Below are positions 20,284-28,865 of a DNA stretch of 64,000 nucleotides, piece by piece. The first letter of the stretch is position 1. Each line of letters starts with the position of its first letter. This stretch comes from an uncultured Methanosarcinales archaeon. Its GTDB lineage: Archaea > Nanobdellota > Nanobdellia > Woesearchaeales > CAXGTL01. Position numbers and translations under genes: made by a program. The notes beneath the pieces are model-generated. The model saw nothing but the letters and a program-made list of their open reading frames with translations, did no database searches and was not told the origin of the DNA. Location: positions 295 to 64,294 of the forward strand of contig CAZYAB010000004.1 in the NCBI GenBank assembly GCA_964645705.1, read 5' to 3'.

Positions 20284-21669
20284 CTATTTCAACCAATTAG
20301 TAAAAATCTTTTTAGCATCCTCATCAAACAATAATTTTTCAAAAATATACTCAAACTGTTTTTTAACTAATATGCATCTCATTGTTTTATTAACATCAAC
20401 AATCAAGCTTTTGTGTTCAGAATAATTACAAACAGGGCACAAACCACAATATGGCTGCCATACACAATCATCACATTGTTGCACATCATTAATAGAAGCT
20501 AGAACAATGCTTGAACTAGTGTCATTAATAATAACATCACTTGGTTGTTGATTGATTGTTCCAATCATAAACAAATCATCATCAATCATCCTTGCTTCAT
20601 CACATGAATAAATCTTTCCATTAGGTGCATAAGTTAGCTGACTAATGCAAGCACCGCACGGACTTCTTAGTTCTGTATAATTCGGTTCAATATGTTCTAA
20701 TATTTTCTGTAGTATTATTAATGTAAATCTTTCAACAATCCTTGTATTTTTTTTATTTAATTCAATTATATAATCTAATGACTTTTTCCAATAATCAAAA
20801 TATTCATCAGCATCATATCCTATCTCTTGCCATGCTTTATCTGCACTCCCTAGTTTAGTCAAATGTCTTAGATGAATATTAGTAAATCCTTGTTTAACAT
20901 ATTCATCAATTATTTCTTTATGATAATCAAAAGCTTTTTTTGTAACTGTTATCAATGCATTAAGAATGAATTTATCATGAACAATTCCTTGTTGTTTCAT
21001 GTTTCTAATTTTACTTATCCAGTTAATAATTGTTTCATAATTACTATTAACATGTTTTCTTTGATAATCATGAACTTGTTTAGGACCGTCAAAAGAAGTG
21101 CACAAACCAATATCATTTTGTGCAATATACTTCATTATTTCTTCTGTCATTGATTCAAAATTAGTAACTAATGCAAATCTTAGATCTTTTTTATGTTCTA
21201 GATTAAGGTTTTTTGCATATTCAACTGCAAACTGCAATGTTTTATAATTAAGCAATGGTTCTCCTCCTTGAAACTCTATTGTTATGTGCTTAGTATTTGT
21301 TTTAAAAATAAAATCAATTATTTTTTTAGCAGTCTCAACAGTCATGCCTTTTCCACCAATTCTTTTTGAACTAGCTTGGCAATAAACACAATTAAGATTG
21401 CACTTATCAGTTAAAACAAGAATGTGTAAAGAAGGCCCTTGACATAAAAAAGAATATTTTTTAACAGGAAAATCATATTTTTCCTGTCCATCAGATATAA
21501 ACTCCTCACTTTTCAACAGATTATATAACTCTGTTTCTTGTTTTATTTCATCATTTTTAACAATATCAAATGATTCTTTTGTCAAGAAAACCCACTTGCC
21601 TAATTTATTGACTAATAAAAACTTGTTGTTTATTTCTGTGTAATTGTAAGGTTTTATTCTAGGTTTCAT
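20284..21669 (-). CDS. Radical SAM enzyme with SPASM domain (461 aa)
   Basis: CNLNCVYCQA (Cx3Cx2C) and FQGGEPLL are present. The C-terminal Cys-rich region (CDDCVWQPYCGLCPVCNY) is consistent with SPASM/twitch auxiliary clusters. Confidence 0.8.
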   Translation of the reverse strand: MKPRIKPYNYTEINNKFLLVNKLGKWVFLTKESFDIVKNDEIKQETELYNLLKSEEFISDGQEKYDFPVKKYSFLCQGPSLHILVLTDKCNLNCVYCQASSKRIGGKGMTVETAKKIIDFIFKTNTKHITIEFQGGEPLLNYKTLQFAVEYAKNLNLEHKKDLRFALVTNFESMTEEIMKYIAQNDIGLCTSFDGPKQVHDYQRKHVNSNYETIINWISKIRNMKQQGIVHDKFILNALITVTKKAFDYHKEIIDEYVKQGFTNIHLRHLTKLGSADKAWQEIGYDADEYFDYWKKSLDYIIELNKKNTRIVERFTLIILQKILEHIEPNYTELRSPCGACISQLTYAPNGKIYSCDEARMIDDDLFMIGTINQQPSDVIINDTSSSIVLASINDVQQCDDCVWQPYCGLCPVCNYSEHKSLIVDVNKTMRCILVKKQFEYIFEKLLFDEDAKKIFTNWLK

Positions 21670-21694
21670 TTTAATATTATTTTCTAGCCCTTAT

Positions 21695-21734
21695 CTTACC
21701 AGGGGCGGGTGGTTGGGGGTGATGGGTGGTGGGG
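21695..21734 (+). repeat. G-rich motif copy B (cttaccaggggcgggtggttgggggtgatgggtggtgggg), intergenic just upstream of the minus-strand rSAM start
   Basis: Top-strand G-tracts (GGGG, GGG, GGGGG, GGG, GGGG) make it G-quadruplex-capable. It shares the cttacca…cagggg…gggggtRatgg…ggtggg pattern with copy A. Confidence 0.6.
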
Positions 21735-21750
21735 AATATTTATTTAATAT

Positions 21751-22011
21751 TTACACCTCATTTTTATCTTTCATCAACACAAAGATATAATTGCAAAGTT
21801 CTAGACATGTTTTTTCATAATCATCTACATCAACATTATCATTAAATATGATATTAATAACAAAATAATTAACATCGACAACAATCTCAAAATTGAAAAA
21901 ATCACTAAACTCCTTACAAGATTCACTGATAGAATCTCGACTATAAATGTCTTTATTTAACTCGATAATTGCTGATTTATTCTCTTTATTTATCTTTATC
22001 ATTTTCATCAT
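21751..22011 (-). CDS. Hypothetical small protein
   Basis: 86-aa ORF with no recognisable motif. It overlaps the next ORF by 26 nt. Confidence 0.3.
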   Translation of the reverse strand: MMKMIKINKENKSAIIELNKDIYSRDSISESCKEFSDFFNFEIVVDVNYFVINIIFNDNVDVDDYEKTCLELCNYIFVLMKDKNEV

Positions 22012-22354
22012 TAGTTTTATTAGTATTAGATATTAATTGCATGATAAAGTCGACAAACTCTTTTTTATCATTTAATTTATTCTTGTGAATATCATAAACA
22101 TTTAATTGAGAGACCACATCACTAGATAACAATTTCAAATCATCTTTATTTAATCTAATTTTAGGAATAAGAGTAATAATAAAACCACCTTGAATTATAT
22201 CCTTGTCTAATAATAAATAATTATCATCTGAAAAACCAAACAAAGCTGAAGAAATAGTATTTAGATCTAGATGAGATGAAGAATTTAGAATAATCTTATT
22301 ATTCTCATGATCAATTACAATATTTTCATTAGGTATTAAATTCATCATAACCAT
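21986..22354 (-). CDS. Hypothetical protein
   Basis: 122-aa ORF, co-directional with the downstream peptidase-like gene. No motif recognised. Confidence 0.35.
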   Translation of the reverse strand: MVMMNLIPNENIVIDHENNKIILNSSSHLDLNTISSALFGFSDDNYLLLDKDIIQGGFIITLIPKIRLNKDDLKLLSSDVVSQLNVYDIHKNKLNDKKEFVDFIMQLISNTNKTNDENDKDK

Positions 22355-23211
22355 CCCATCAAAATAAATATAAGATTTATAAACATTCCTCCTGATATAA
22401 TTGTTAATAAAACACCGACAAATGCAAAAGGCGCAAATGCAACATATTTATTCTTTTCAGACAATGCAACTTCTATTAAAAAGAATCTTATAAACATAAA
22501 CAACACATAATATAAAACAAATATTTTAAAAAAATCAAAATTAAAAATTAGATTATATTGAAAAAATAATCTTAATAATGATAAGAATATGTAAACAAGA
22601 ATAGAATTATTATAAGCTCTTTTAAAAAAGAAATCAAGAACATAATAAAATAATAAAATTAGAATTATTCTCGATAAAAAGTTATTAAAAAATGAAAAAG
22701 TAATAAGAATATAATCAACAATTCCCATGACAATGAATACAAGAAGAATTGATTTAATTATTTCTTTATAATTAAGTCTTTTAAATATTTCTTTATTTTT
22801 AAACATGACAGAATGCATAAAAATAAACAAAGCATATGGAACAAAAATATTGATAAATAAAAAAATATTAGGAAATGAATAAAAATGATTTATTGAATAA
22901 ACAGTTAGAGGTAATAAAAAAGTATAAGCAATTATTAATTTCGCATCACCAGCAGGCCAATAACCCAATAGCCAAAGTACAATGCAAATTATGATTGTTA
23001 AAATTAAATTAATCAAAAAAGTCTTGTAATAATCTAAATTAAAATCCTTAAAAAACAACAACATATTCAAAACAATACTAACAACAATAGAATAAACAAT
23101 CCATTTATTCTTTATCTTATTATACTTAATATCTTGATAAGATGTAAATATTCCTATTATCAATATAATTGGTAAAAAATAATATATCATATATTTATGG
23201 AAACAAAACAA
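22345..23211 (-). CDS. Polytopic membrane protein, A24-family prepilin/preflagellin peptidase-like
   Basis: It has multiple TM helices. YQDIKYNKI supplies a candidate first catalytic Asp and WPAGDAKL resembles the GxGDxKL second Asp motif of type IV prepilin peptidases. Confidence 0.5.
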   Translation of the reverse strand: MFCFHKYMIYYFLPIILIIGIFTSYQDIKYNKIKNKWIVYSIVVSIVLNMLLFFKDFNLDYYKTFLINLILTIIICIVLWLLGYWPAGDAKLIIAYTFLLPLTVYSINHFYSFPNIFLFINIFVPYALFIFMHSVMFKNKEIFKRLNYKEIIKSILLVFIVMGIVDYILITFSFFNNFLSRIILILLFYYVLDFFFKRAYNNSILVYIFLSLLRLFFQYNLIFNFDFFKIFVLYYVLFMFIRFFLIEVALSEKNKYVAFAPFAFVGVLLTIISGGMFINLIFILMGWL

Positions 23212-23254
23212 TAATATAAAGATTTATATATTAGAATACTCTAAACACATATAT

Positions 23255-24040
23255 ATGTATAAAAAAAAGAGTCAGGTAACAGTGTTCATAATAATTGGAA
23301 TTATTTTATTAGCTTGTGTTTCTTTTGTCTTTTTCTACCTAAGCTTAGAAACAGATCAAGATTCTTCTAAAGAAGATACTGGAAAAGACCAACACATAAT
23401 AGGGTTTATTGAAGGATGCGTTGACCAGAAATCAAAGCAAGCATTATTTTATCTAGGATTTATAGGTGGTGATACATGGGTAGAATCAACAGACGGCGAA
23501 GTTACTGATCCATTCCGTGGCTTATATTATGAATATGATGAATACTATAAAATTCCTTACCATTTTTACAATAATATTCCTATAATTGAATCTATTAAGA
23601 TTGAAAAAATATTGTCAACTTTTATGGATGATAATCTAAAATATTGTATAAAAAGTTTTCAAAATTTTGATGATGCTGAGTTTGAGTTTGGTGAAGCAAA
23701 GACAGAAATATTTCTTAAAGACGAAGAAGTTGTTTTTAATGTTGATTATCCTGTCACTGTAAAAAGATTTGAATATGAACGAACACTTGGTCCTGTGTTC
23801 ACTGCAAACATTCCACTAAGACTCAAAAAAATGGATGAAATAAGCAGAGAAATAGTTAACAGAGCAAAAGGCGATAAATCTCTAGTACACTGGAACTATT
23901 TAACAGACATTGGTGAACAAGATTTCAACATAACAGCTTACACAGGAGAAGACGACACAATGATCTACAGAATCATTGACCAAAAGTACAAAATAGACAA
24001 TCATGAATTTGTCTATCAATTTTGCATAAAAGCCAAATAA
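23255..24040 (+). CDS. Hypothetical N-terminally anchored protein
   Basis: Lys-rich N-terminus followed by a single hydrophobic helix (VFIIIGIILLACVSFVFFYL). It could be a pilin-like/class III signal substrate of the adjacent peptidase, but this is unproven. Confidence 0.4.
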   Translation: MYKKKSQVTVFIIIGIILLACVSFVFFYLSLETDQDSSKEDTGKDQHIIGFIEGCVDQKSKQALFYLGFIGGDTWVESTDGEVTDPFRGLYYEYDEYYKIPYHFYNNIPIIESIKIEKILSTFMDDNLKYCIKSFQNFDDAEFEFGEAKTEIFLKDEEVVFNVDYPVTVKRFEYERTLGPVFTANIPLRLKKMDEISREIVNRAKGDKSLVHWNYLTDIGEQDFNITAYTGEDDTMIYRIIDQKYKIDNHEFVYQFCIKAK

Positions 24041-24041
24041 A

Positions 24042-26180
24042 ATGAACAAAAAACAAATATTATGTTTATGTATGATGTTTATGATAGTTTTTGGTAGTTT
24101 TGGTGTTGTTGCTTTAGAAGGAGAAGATATTGAGAAATTGATTGTTGGTTATTTGGTTGGTAAGATACTCGAAAACATGATGAGACCAAAAGTACAAAAA
24201 GAAGGTTGTGATGCTGTTATAGACAATACCCAATTGTACAAGAATAAAGAATGTGGTTCAATAGAAGCAAGAAAACAATTTGAAACTTGTAAACAAACAG
24301 GTAAATCCACATGTAAATCGCAAGAGGAAACAAGATGTAGAACTATATGTTGTCCGTTTCCTGTACCACCCGGAGGATGTGCAAGTGGTATTGGAGAAAG
24401 CGAACAAATTGATTGTACAGGTTCAACACCTCGTTATTATGATAAAAAAACATGTGCAAAAGCAAAAGGAATTTATGATGCATATGCAAATGCACTCAAA
24501 GCATGTGGGGAACAAGCTAATGTTGAACAAAGAATTAATAAATTAAAAAGTGCCGACTTTACAGATCAAGATTGTACACAATTAAATGAATGCATAACAA
24601 AAAGTGTGACAATGACACAAAATACTGCAAAGGATATTGCTAGTAGATGTGCAGATAAGATTGACATGGATAAACTCAAAGATGCAGTAAAAAGAAGAAA
24701 TGGGGTTGAAGGCATAGATCCAAAAGACATTGATAAAAGAATGATGGAAGCAATTGATGATAATGTTCCAAGACTTGATAATGCACAAGCCAATGCAGGA
24801 GCATCAAGTGCAACTGATAAACAAGCAATACAATATGATAAAAAACAACTTAGCAAAGATACAACAACAAAATTAGACGGCAGACACACTGATGCCGCAG
24901 AACTAAGCAAAGCAGAACCATCAACAAATCCAGGTACAGCAGCTAAATCAGATCCAGTACCAACAACCAAACCACCAGCAAAACCAGCACCACAACCACC
25001 AGGAGGCACACCACCACCACCAAACGAAGTCAAACAATTTGGTAAAGATATTGGTAAACAATTAATAGCAAAAGCGATAGACCAACTAGTATTTCCAAAA
25101 GACGACACACAACAACCACATGAAGAAACAAGAACACAAAAAGCAACAACAGGCACACCAAACACATGCACAAACTGCGCATTACAAGGCAAAGAATATG
25201 GTGAACTTCAAGGCAAATGCAGAGAATGTATTACAGTTGCAGGAATAGAAACAGCTGCAGCAGACGCAGCAAACACAATTACAGAAACAATAAACAATAT
25301 TGAACCAGATGAACCAGCAGAAGTAGCAGACGTTACAGGTTTAGAATCAACAACAGGCGAAGCAATACTTAACCCAAAACTAAAAGGAATATTAGTAGAT
25401 GCTTCACAATTTGACACAAGAGGATTTAAATTTACACACTGGAATAGAGCATCATTAACAACAAAGAATTTCTATAAACCAGAAAGAGACTTATTACAAT
25501 ATTATGAAGCAGGCCCAGCAGTCATAAGCACATTAGGACCTGGTGAAAAAAAGAACATGTTCTTGTTAAAAGGGCAAGGCAATGATGACCTAGAAAACTT
25601 AGATGGTTTTACATACAAGATAGACAAAGACGGAACAACAAGAATCTTAACAACAAACCCAAGAGGAGCACTTGTACAAGATGAAGATGAACAAACAGTA
25701 TGGTTGAACAGAGGCGATACAATCTATAAAAACGAAATCTTTACAACAAACACAGAAATAATTTCAGCTGACCATGCAGTCAAGATAAGACCAACACAAA
25801 AAACAAAAAAACTTGAATACATTAATGTAAAACTAGGTGACAGAGCTCCTGTTAAAAAGAAAAGCATCGGCATAACAAAAGATAAAATATTCACAAGATC
25901 TATTGATTCAAAGATTTATTTTATATCGCCTGACAACAGACACTTTACAATACAAACAATTGGTAACAGCATTGCTGGAAGATATGAACCTCATAATAAA
26001 GACGCAGAAATACCAGTAGAATACCAAATAGAAACAGACACTAATTACAAATATTCACTTACAAAAGGTTCAACAATAGTCAAAGACAAAAATAATAAAA
26101 TTATCCAAGACTCAACAGAGCATGATGTAGAAACATTGAGCAATTATCAACAAAAAATGCTTGAACTAAGAAAAAAATGA
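24042..26180 (+). CDS. Secreted Cys-rich / Pro-rich-linker protein (712 aa)
   Basis: Signal peptide (MFMIVFGSFGVVALEG), an N-terminal Cys-rich region, a Pro-rich linker (PPAKPAPQPPGGTPPPPNE) and a C-terminal globular domain. Confidence 0.55.
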   Translation: MNKKQILCLCMMFMIVFGSFGVVALEGEDIEKLIVGYLVGKILENMMRPKVQKEGCDAVIDNTQLYKNKECGSIEARKQFETCKQTGKSTCKSQEETRCRTICCPFPVPPGGCASGIGESEQIDCTGSTPRYYDKKTCAKAKGIYDAYANALKACGEQANVEQRINKLKSADFTDQDCTQLNECITKSVTMTQNTAKDIASRCADKIDMDKLKDAVKRRNGVEGIDPKDIDKRMMEAIDDNVPRLDNAQANAGASSATDKQAIQYDKKQLSKDTTTKLDGRHTDAAELSKAEPSTNPGTAAKSDPVPTTKPPAKPAPQPPGGTPPPPNEVKQFGKDIGKQLIAKAIDQLVFPKDDTQQPHEETRTQKATTGTPNTCTNCALQGKEYGELQGKCRECITVAGIETAAADAANTITETINNIEPDEPAEVADVTGLESTTGEAILNPKLKGILVDASQFDTRGFKFTHWNRASLTTKNFYKPERDLLQYYEAGPAVISTLGPGEKKNMFLLKGQGNDDLENLDGFTYKIDKDGTTRILTTNPRGALVQDEDEQTVWLNRGDTIYKNEIFTTNTEIISADHAVKIRPTQKTKKLEYINVKLGDRAPVKKKSIGITKDKIFTRSIDSKIYFISPDNRHFTIQTIGNSIAGRYEPHNKDAEIPVEYQIETDTNYKYSLTKGSTIVKDKNNKIIQDSTEHDVETLSNYQQKMLELRKK

Positions 26181-26461
26181 AAAGAAAAACATTATTTATA
26201 ATATCATTGATATATAGCATATTATTACTTTTAGGATCAATATATCATTTAATTATTGGTTTTATAATGTCTATGATGGGTTCAGGAGGTCTTATATTAG
26301 GAATAATTGAATTTATAATTGCAGTGTTAGTATTTATAGGAGCAATAGGTATAAAAAACAATAAAAAATATGGAAAGATTTTGTTAATAATAACAGGAAT
26401 AATAACATCACCTTTAGGACTTATAATTCTTATACCTTTAATAATTGGTATAGAGGATTAA
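26177..26461 (+). CDS. Small membrane protein (2-3 TM)
   Basis: 94 aa, almost entirely hydrophobic. The start overlaps the upstream stop by 4 nt (ATGA). Confidence 0.45.
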   Translation: MKRKTLFIISLIYSILLLLGSIYHLIIGFIMSMMGSGGLILGIIEFIIAVLVFIGAIGIKNNKKYGKILLIITGIITSPLGLIILIPLIIGIED

Positions 26462-27123
26462 GCCAAAGTCAAACCTTCACAAATATATTTATCAGATTTC
26501 TTAAACTTATTTTCTTTAATCTTTTCATAAACATTTTTCAATGCATTCTTAGCATCAGAAGTTTGCGCTTTTAAAACAATCAATAAAGCAATCAAATCAT
26601 GATAATATCTCATTTCTTTTGCATTCTTAGCAAAAGAAGCAATTGCAATCTTTACTTTATACTTTTTACAAAACCGAATATTTTGTATTATTCTGCCTAA
26701 CAATCTAGACCTTTTAAAATTACTAACATTAAGCAAAGAACCAAAACTAAAACAAACAATCTTTCCATGCTTTTTAGCTAACTTACACAATACCTGATCT
26801 AAACCAGAATTAACAAAATGTGTATGATCTTTTTTATTATTAAGCTCTAAATTAAACACAAGATCAATTTTCTTATCTTCAAACACTTTTCTTATAACAC
26901 CACTGTCTTTAGAACTACAATCAAAAACATTAAGAATAGATTTTTTTCCACCAATTAAACCAACAAAAAGCTTTATCTTTGTCATGCCACACAAAGAACT
27001 AACAATTTTAATTCCTTTATCATAATCATCATACAAAAGACATAAATCAGAATAACCTAATTTTTCAGCCATAGCTATAAAACTCTTTTCATTATTCCTA
27101 GGTATTACAATATCTATATACAT
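26458..27123 (-). CDS. rnp3: Ribonuclease P protein component 3 (Rpp30/Rnp3)
   Basis: The pattern FSFGSLLNVSNFKRSRLLGRIIQNIRFCKKYKVKIAIASFAKNAKEMRYYHDLIAL parallels the conserved C-terminal region of archaeal Rpp30 as I remember it from the Pyrococcus protein. The ~220 aa length fits. Confidence 0.55.
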   Translation of the reverse strand: MYIDIVIPRNNEKSFIAMAEKLGYSDLCLLYDDYDKGIKIVSSLCGMTKIKLFVGLIGGKKSILNVFDCSSKDSGVIRKVFEDKKIDLVFNLELNNKKDHTHFVNSGLDQVLCKLAKKHGKIVCFSFGSLLNVSNFKRSRLLGRIIQNIRFCKKYKVKIAIASFAKNAKEMRYYHDLIALLIVLKAQTSDAKNALKNVYEKIKENKFKKSDKYICEGLTLA

Positions 27124-27198
27124 ATATCTAATAAATCCTATATAATATATAAAAGTTAACCAAAAACTATTTAAAACACCACATCAACCTAAAACAAA

Positions 27199-27792
27199 AT
27201 GATAAATATAAAAGAACATATTGATAAAGGATATATCCATGTAAGGGTCATATTAGAAGTAATGGGAAAACCCCAAGAACACGTAGAACAAGCAATAAAC
27301 AAATATATTGAAAAGATTGACAAAGAACAAAAAACAATTATCACAAAAAAGTTCATATCACAAGCAAAAAAACTAGAAAACGCAGAATTATTCAGTTTAT
27401 TTGCAGAGCTAGAATTACTTGTAAAAGGATTCCAATCATTGATAGACTTTTGTTTTAATTACATGCCATCATCAATAGAAATCTATGAACCAAACAAGAT
27501 ACACGTAGATGCAAGCAAGATGTCAACATTATTCAATGATTTCCAAGAAAAGCTTCATAAAGCTGATTTATTAACAAAAACAACATTACAACAAAATGTA
27601 ATACTTACAAAAAACCTTGATGGAATGATAAGAAATGCATTGTTTATATTACTAAGAGAAAAAGGAATGAAATTAGAAGAAGTATCTAAGATGATGGGAC
27701 TAACACCTAAAGACATGGAAAAATATTTAGATAAGTTTATTAAAGAAAACAAGATAAGAAAGATAGGAGATAAATATTTTGTTGAATTTTAA
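27199..27792 (+). CDS. Hypothetical protein with C-terminal winged-helix-like region
   Basis: 197-aa ORF immediately upstream of scpB. It was not recognisable as ScpA. Confidence 0.4.
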   Translation: MINIKEHIDKGYIHVRVILEVMGKPQEHVEQAINKYIEKIDKEQKTIITKKFISQAKKLENAELFSLFAELELLVKGFQSLIDFCFNYMPSSIEIYEPNKIHVDASKMSTLFNDFQEKLHKADLLTKTTLQQNVILTKNLDGMIRNALFILLREKGMKLEEVSKMMGLTPKDMEKYLDKFIKENKIRKIGDKYFVEF

Positions 27793-27794
27793 AG

Positions 27795-28547
27795 ATGGAA
27801 GAAAACATAAAAAAAGTTGAAGCAGTATTATTCTCAGTAGGTAAAAAGATCAAGCTAGAAGAATTATCAAGATTAACAGAAGTAACTAACATGGATGATC
27901 TAAAAAGCATTCTTTACCAGCTTCAAGAAGAATATGAAAAAAAACAAGGTTCTTTGATGTTAATAGAAGAAGGCGATTCATGGAAATTAACAGTCAGAGA
28001 AAAATTCATGCCACTTGTAAGAAATATTGTTACAGACACAGAACTGAGCAAAACAATAATGGAAACATTGGCAGTCATTGCATGGAAATATCCTATTCTA
28101 CAAAGCGACGTCATAAAGATAAGAACTAACAAAGCATATGACCACTTAAAAGAATTAGAAGAAAGTGGTTTTATATCTAGGACAAAGTTTGGCAGAACTA
28201 ACAAAATAAGATTAACAGACAGATTCTTTGCATACTTTGACTTGCCAAATGACAGAGAAAAAACACAGAACAAGTTTGAAAAATTATTACCTGAACGAGT
28301 TAAAAAGAAAATTGAAAAAATTCAAAGAGATATAAGAAACAAGGAAAAAGAATTAACACAAAGAAAAGAAAAAATAAAAAAATACGAAGAAATAAGAAAA
28401 CAAGAAAAGGAAGAACAAGATAAGATCGACAAAGGTGATATTGGTTTGGATGAAGAAGGAAAAGAGGAAAATACAGATGAAAACAAACTCACTAACGTTC
28501 GTAGCTTTCATTCTGAAAGCAATGAGAAGGAGGAAAATTCAGAATGA
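27795..28547 (+). CDS. scpB: Segregation and condensation protein B (ScpB) homolog
   Basis: VEAVLFSVGKKIKLEELSRL...METLAVIAWKYPILQSDVIKIRTNKAYDHLKELEESGFISR matches the tandem winged-helix ScpB pattern. The acidic/Lys-rich C-terminal tail is present. Confidence 0.7.
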   Translation: MEENIKKVEAVLFSVGKKIKLEELSRLTEVTNMDDLKSILYQLQEEYEKKQGSLMLIEEGDSWKLTVREKFMPLVRNIVTDTELSKTIMETLAVIAWKYPILQSDVIKIRTNKAYDHLKELEESGFISRTKFGRTNKIRLTDRFFAYFDLPNDREKTQNKFEKLLPERVKKKIEKIQRDIRNKEKELTQRKEKIKKYEEIRKQEKEEQDKIDKGDIGLDEEGKEENTDENKLTNVRSFHSESNEKEENSE

Positions 28548-28690
28548 AAACACTACTCCTTAAATGCCCAAAATGCAAGAACAATATGAAGTATCAATCT
28601 AGAGACATATCTCTGACAAACAAATCAAAGAAATGCGTGTATTGTGGCAGGTCATTCAGAGTTTTAGATAGGATAATAAAAAAAGTCTAA
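28544..28690 (+). CDS. Small zinc-ribbon protein (48 aa), translationally coupled to scpB
   Basis: Below the ORF-track cut-off. The ATG overlaps the scpB TGA (ATGA). It encodes MKTLLLKCPKCKNN...KKCVYCGRSFRVLDRIIKKV with two CxxC pairs. Confidence 0.5.
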   Translation: MKTLLLKCPKCKNNMKYQSRDISLTNKSKKCVYCGRSFRVLDRIIKKV

Positions 28691-28865
28691 AAATCAAGCC
28701 AATTCTAAACCTTATTAACCAAAATAAAGCTCATTCTAATTTCCCTAAAACCCACAATTCAGCAAATACAGGCTCCCTATCCCCTAAATACAAACATAAG
28801 ACTTATAAAGTAAGAAATTTTCCAATTACTGTAGAAATTCGTTCTTAAAACAAGACAAAACAAAA

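Noticed and set aside
24566-25417. Long antisense ORFs (208 aa, 69 aa) inside the 24042-26180 gene
   Set aside because: The 208-aa frame has a low-complexity, Cys/Ser/Ala-rich composition typical of antisense frames through a Pro/Ala/Thr-rich coding region. It has no start context, and the sense-strand gene has a signal peptide and coherent domains.
27199-27792. Considered calling the gene upstream of scpB as ScpA (kleisin)
   Set aside because: At 197 aa it is short for ScpA, and I could not see the conserved N-terminal or C-terminal winged-helix kleisin motifs by eye. It is left as hypothetical.
28691-28865. C-rich 175-bp intergenic region upstream of gyrA (…ccctaaaacccacaattcagcaaatacaggctccctatcccctaaatac…) as a possible small RNA
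   Set aside because: No convincing stem-loops or C/D (RUGAUGA/CUGA) boxes were identified by eye. It is more likely just a promoter or leader.
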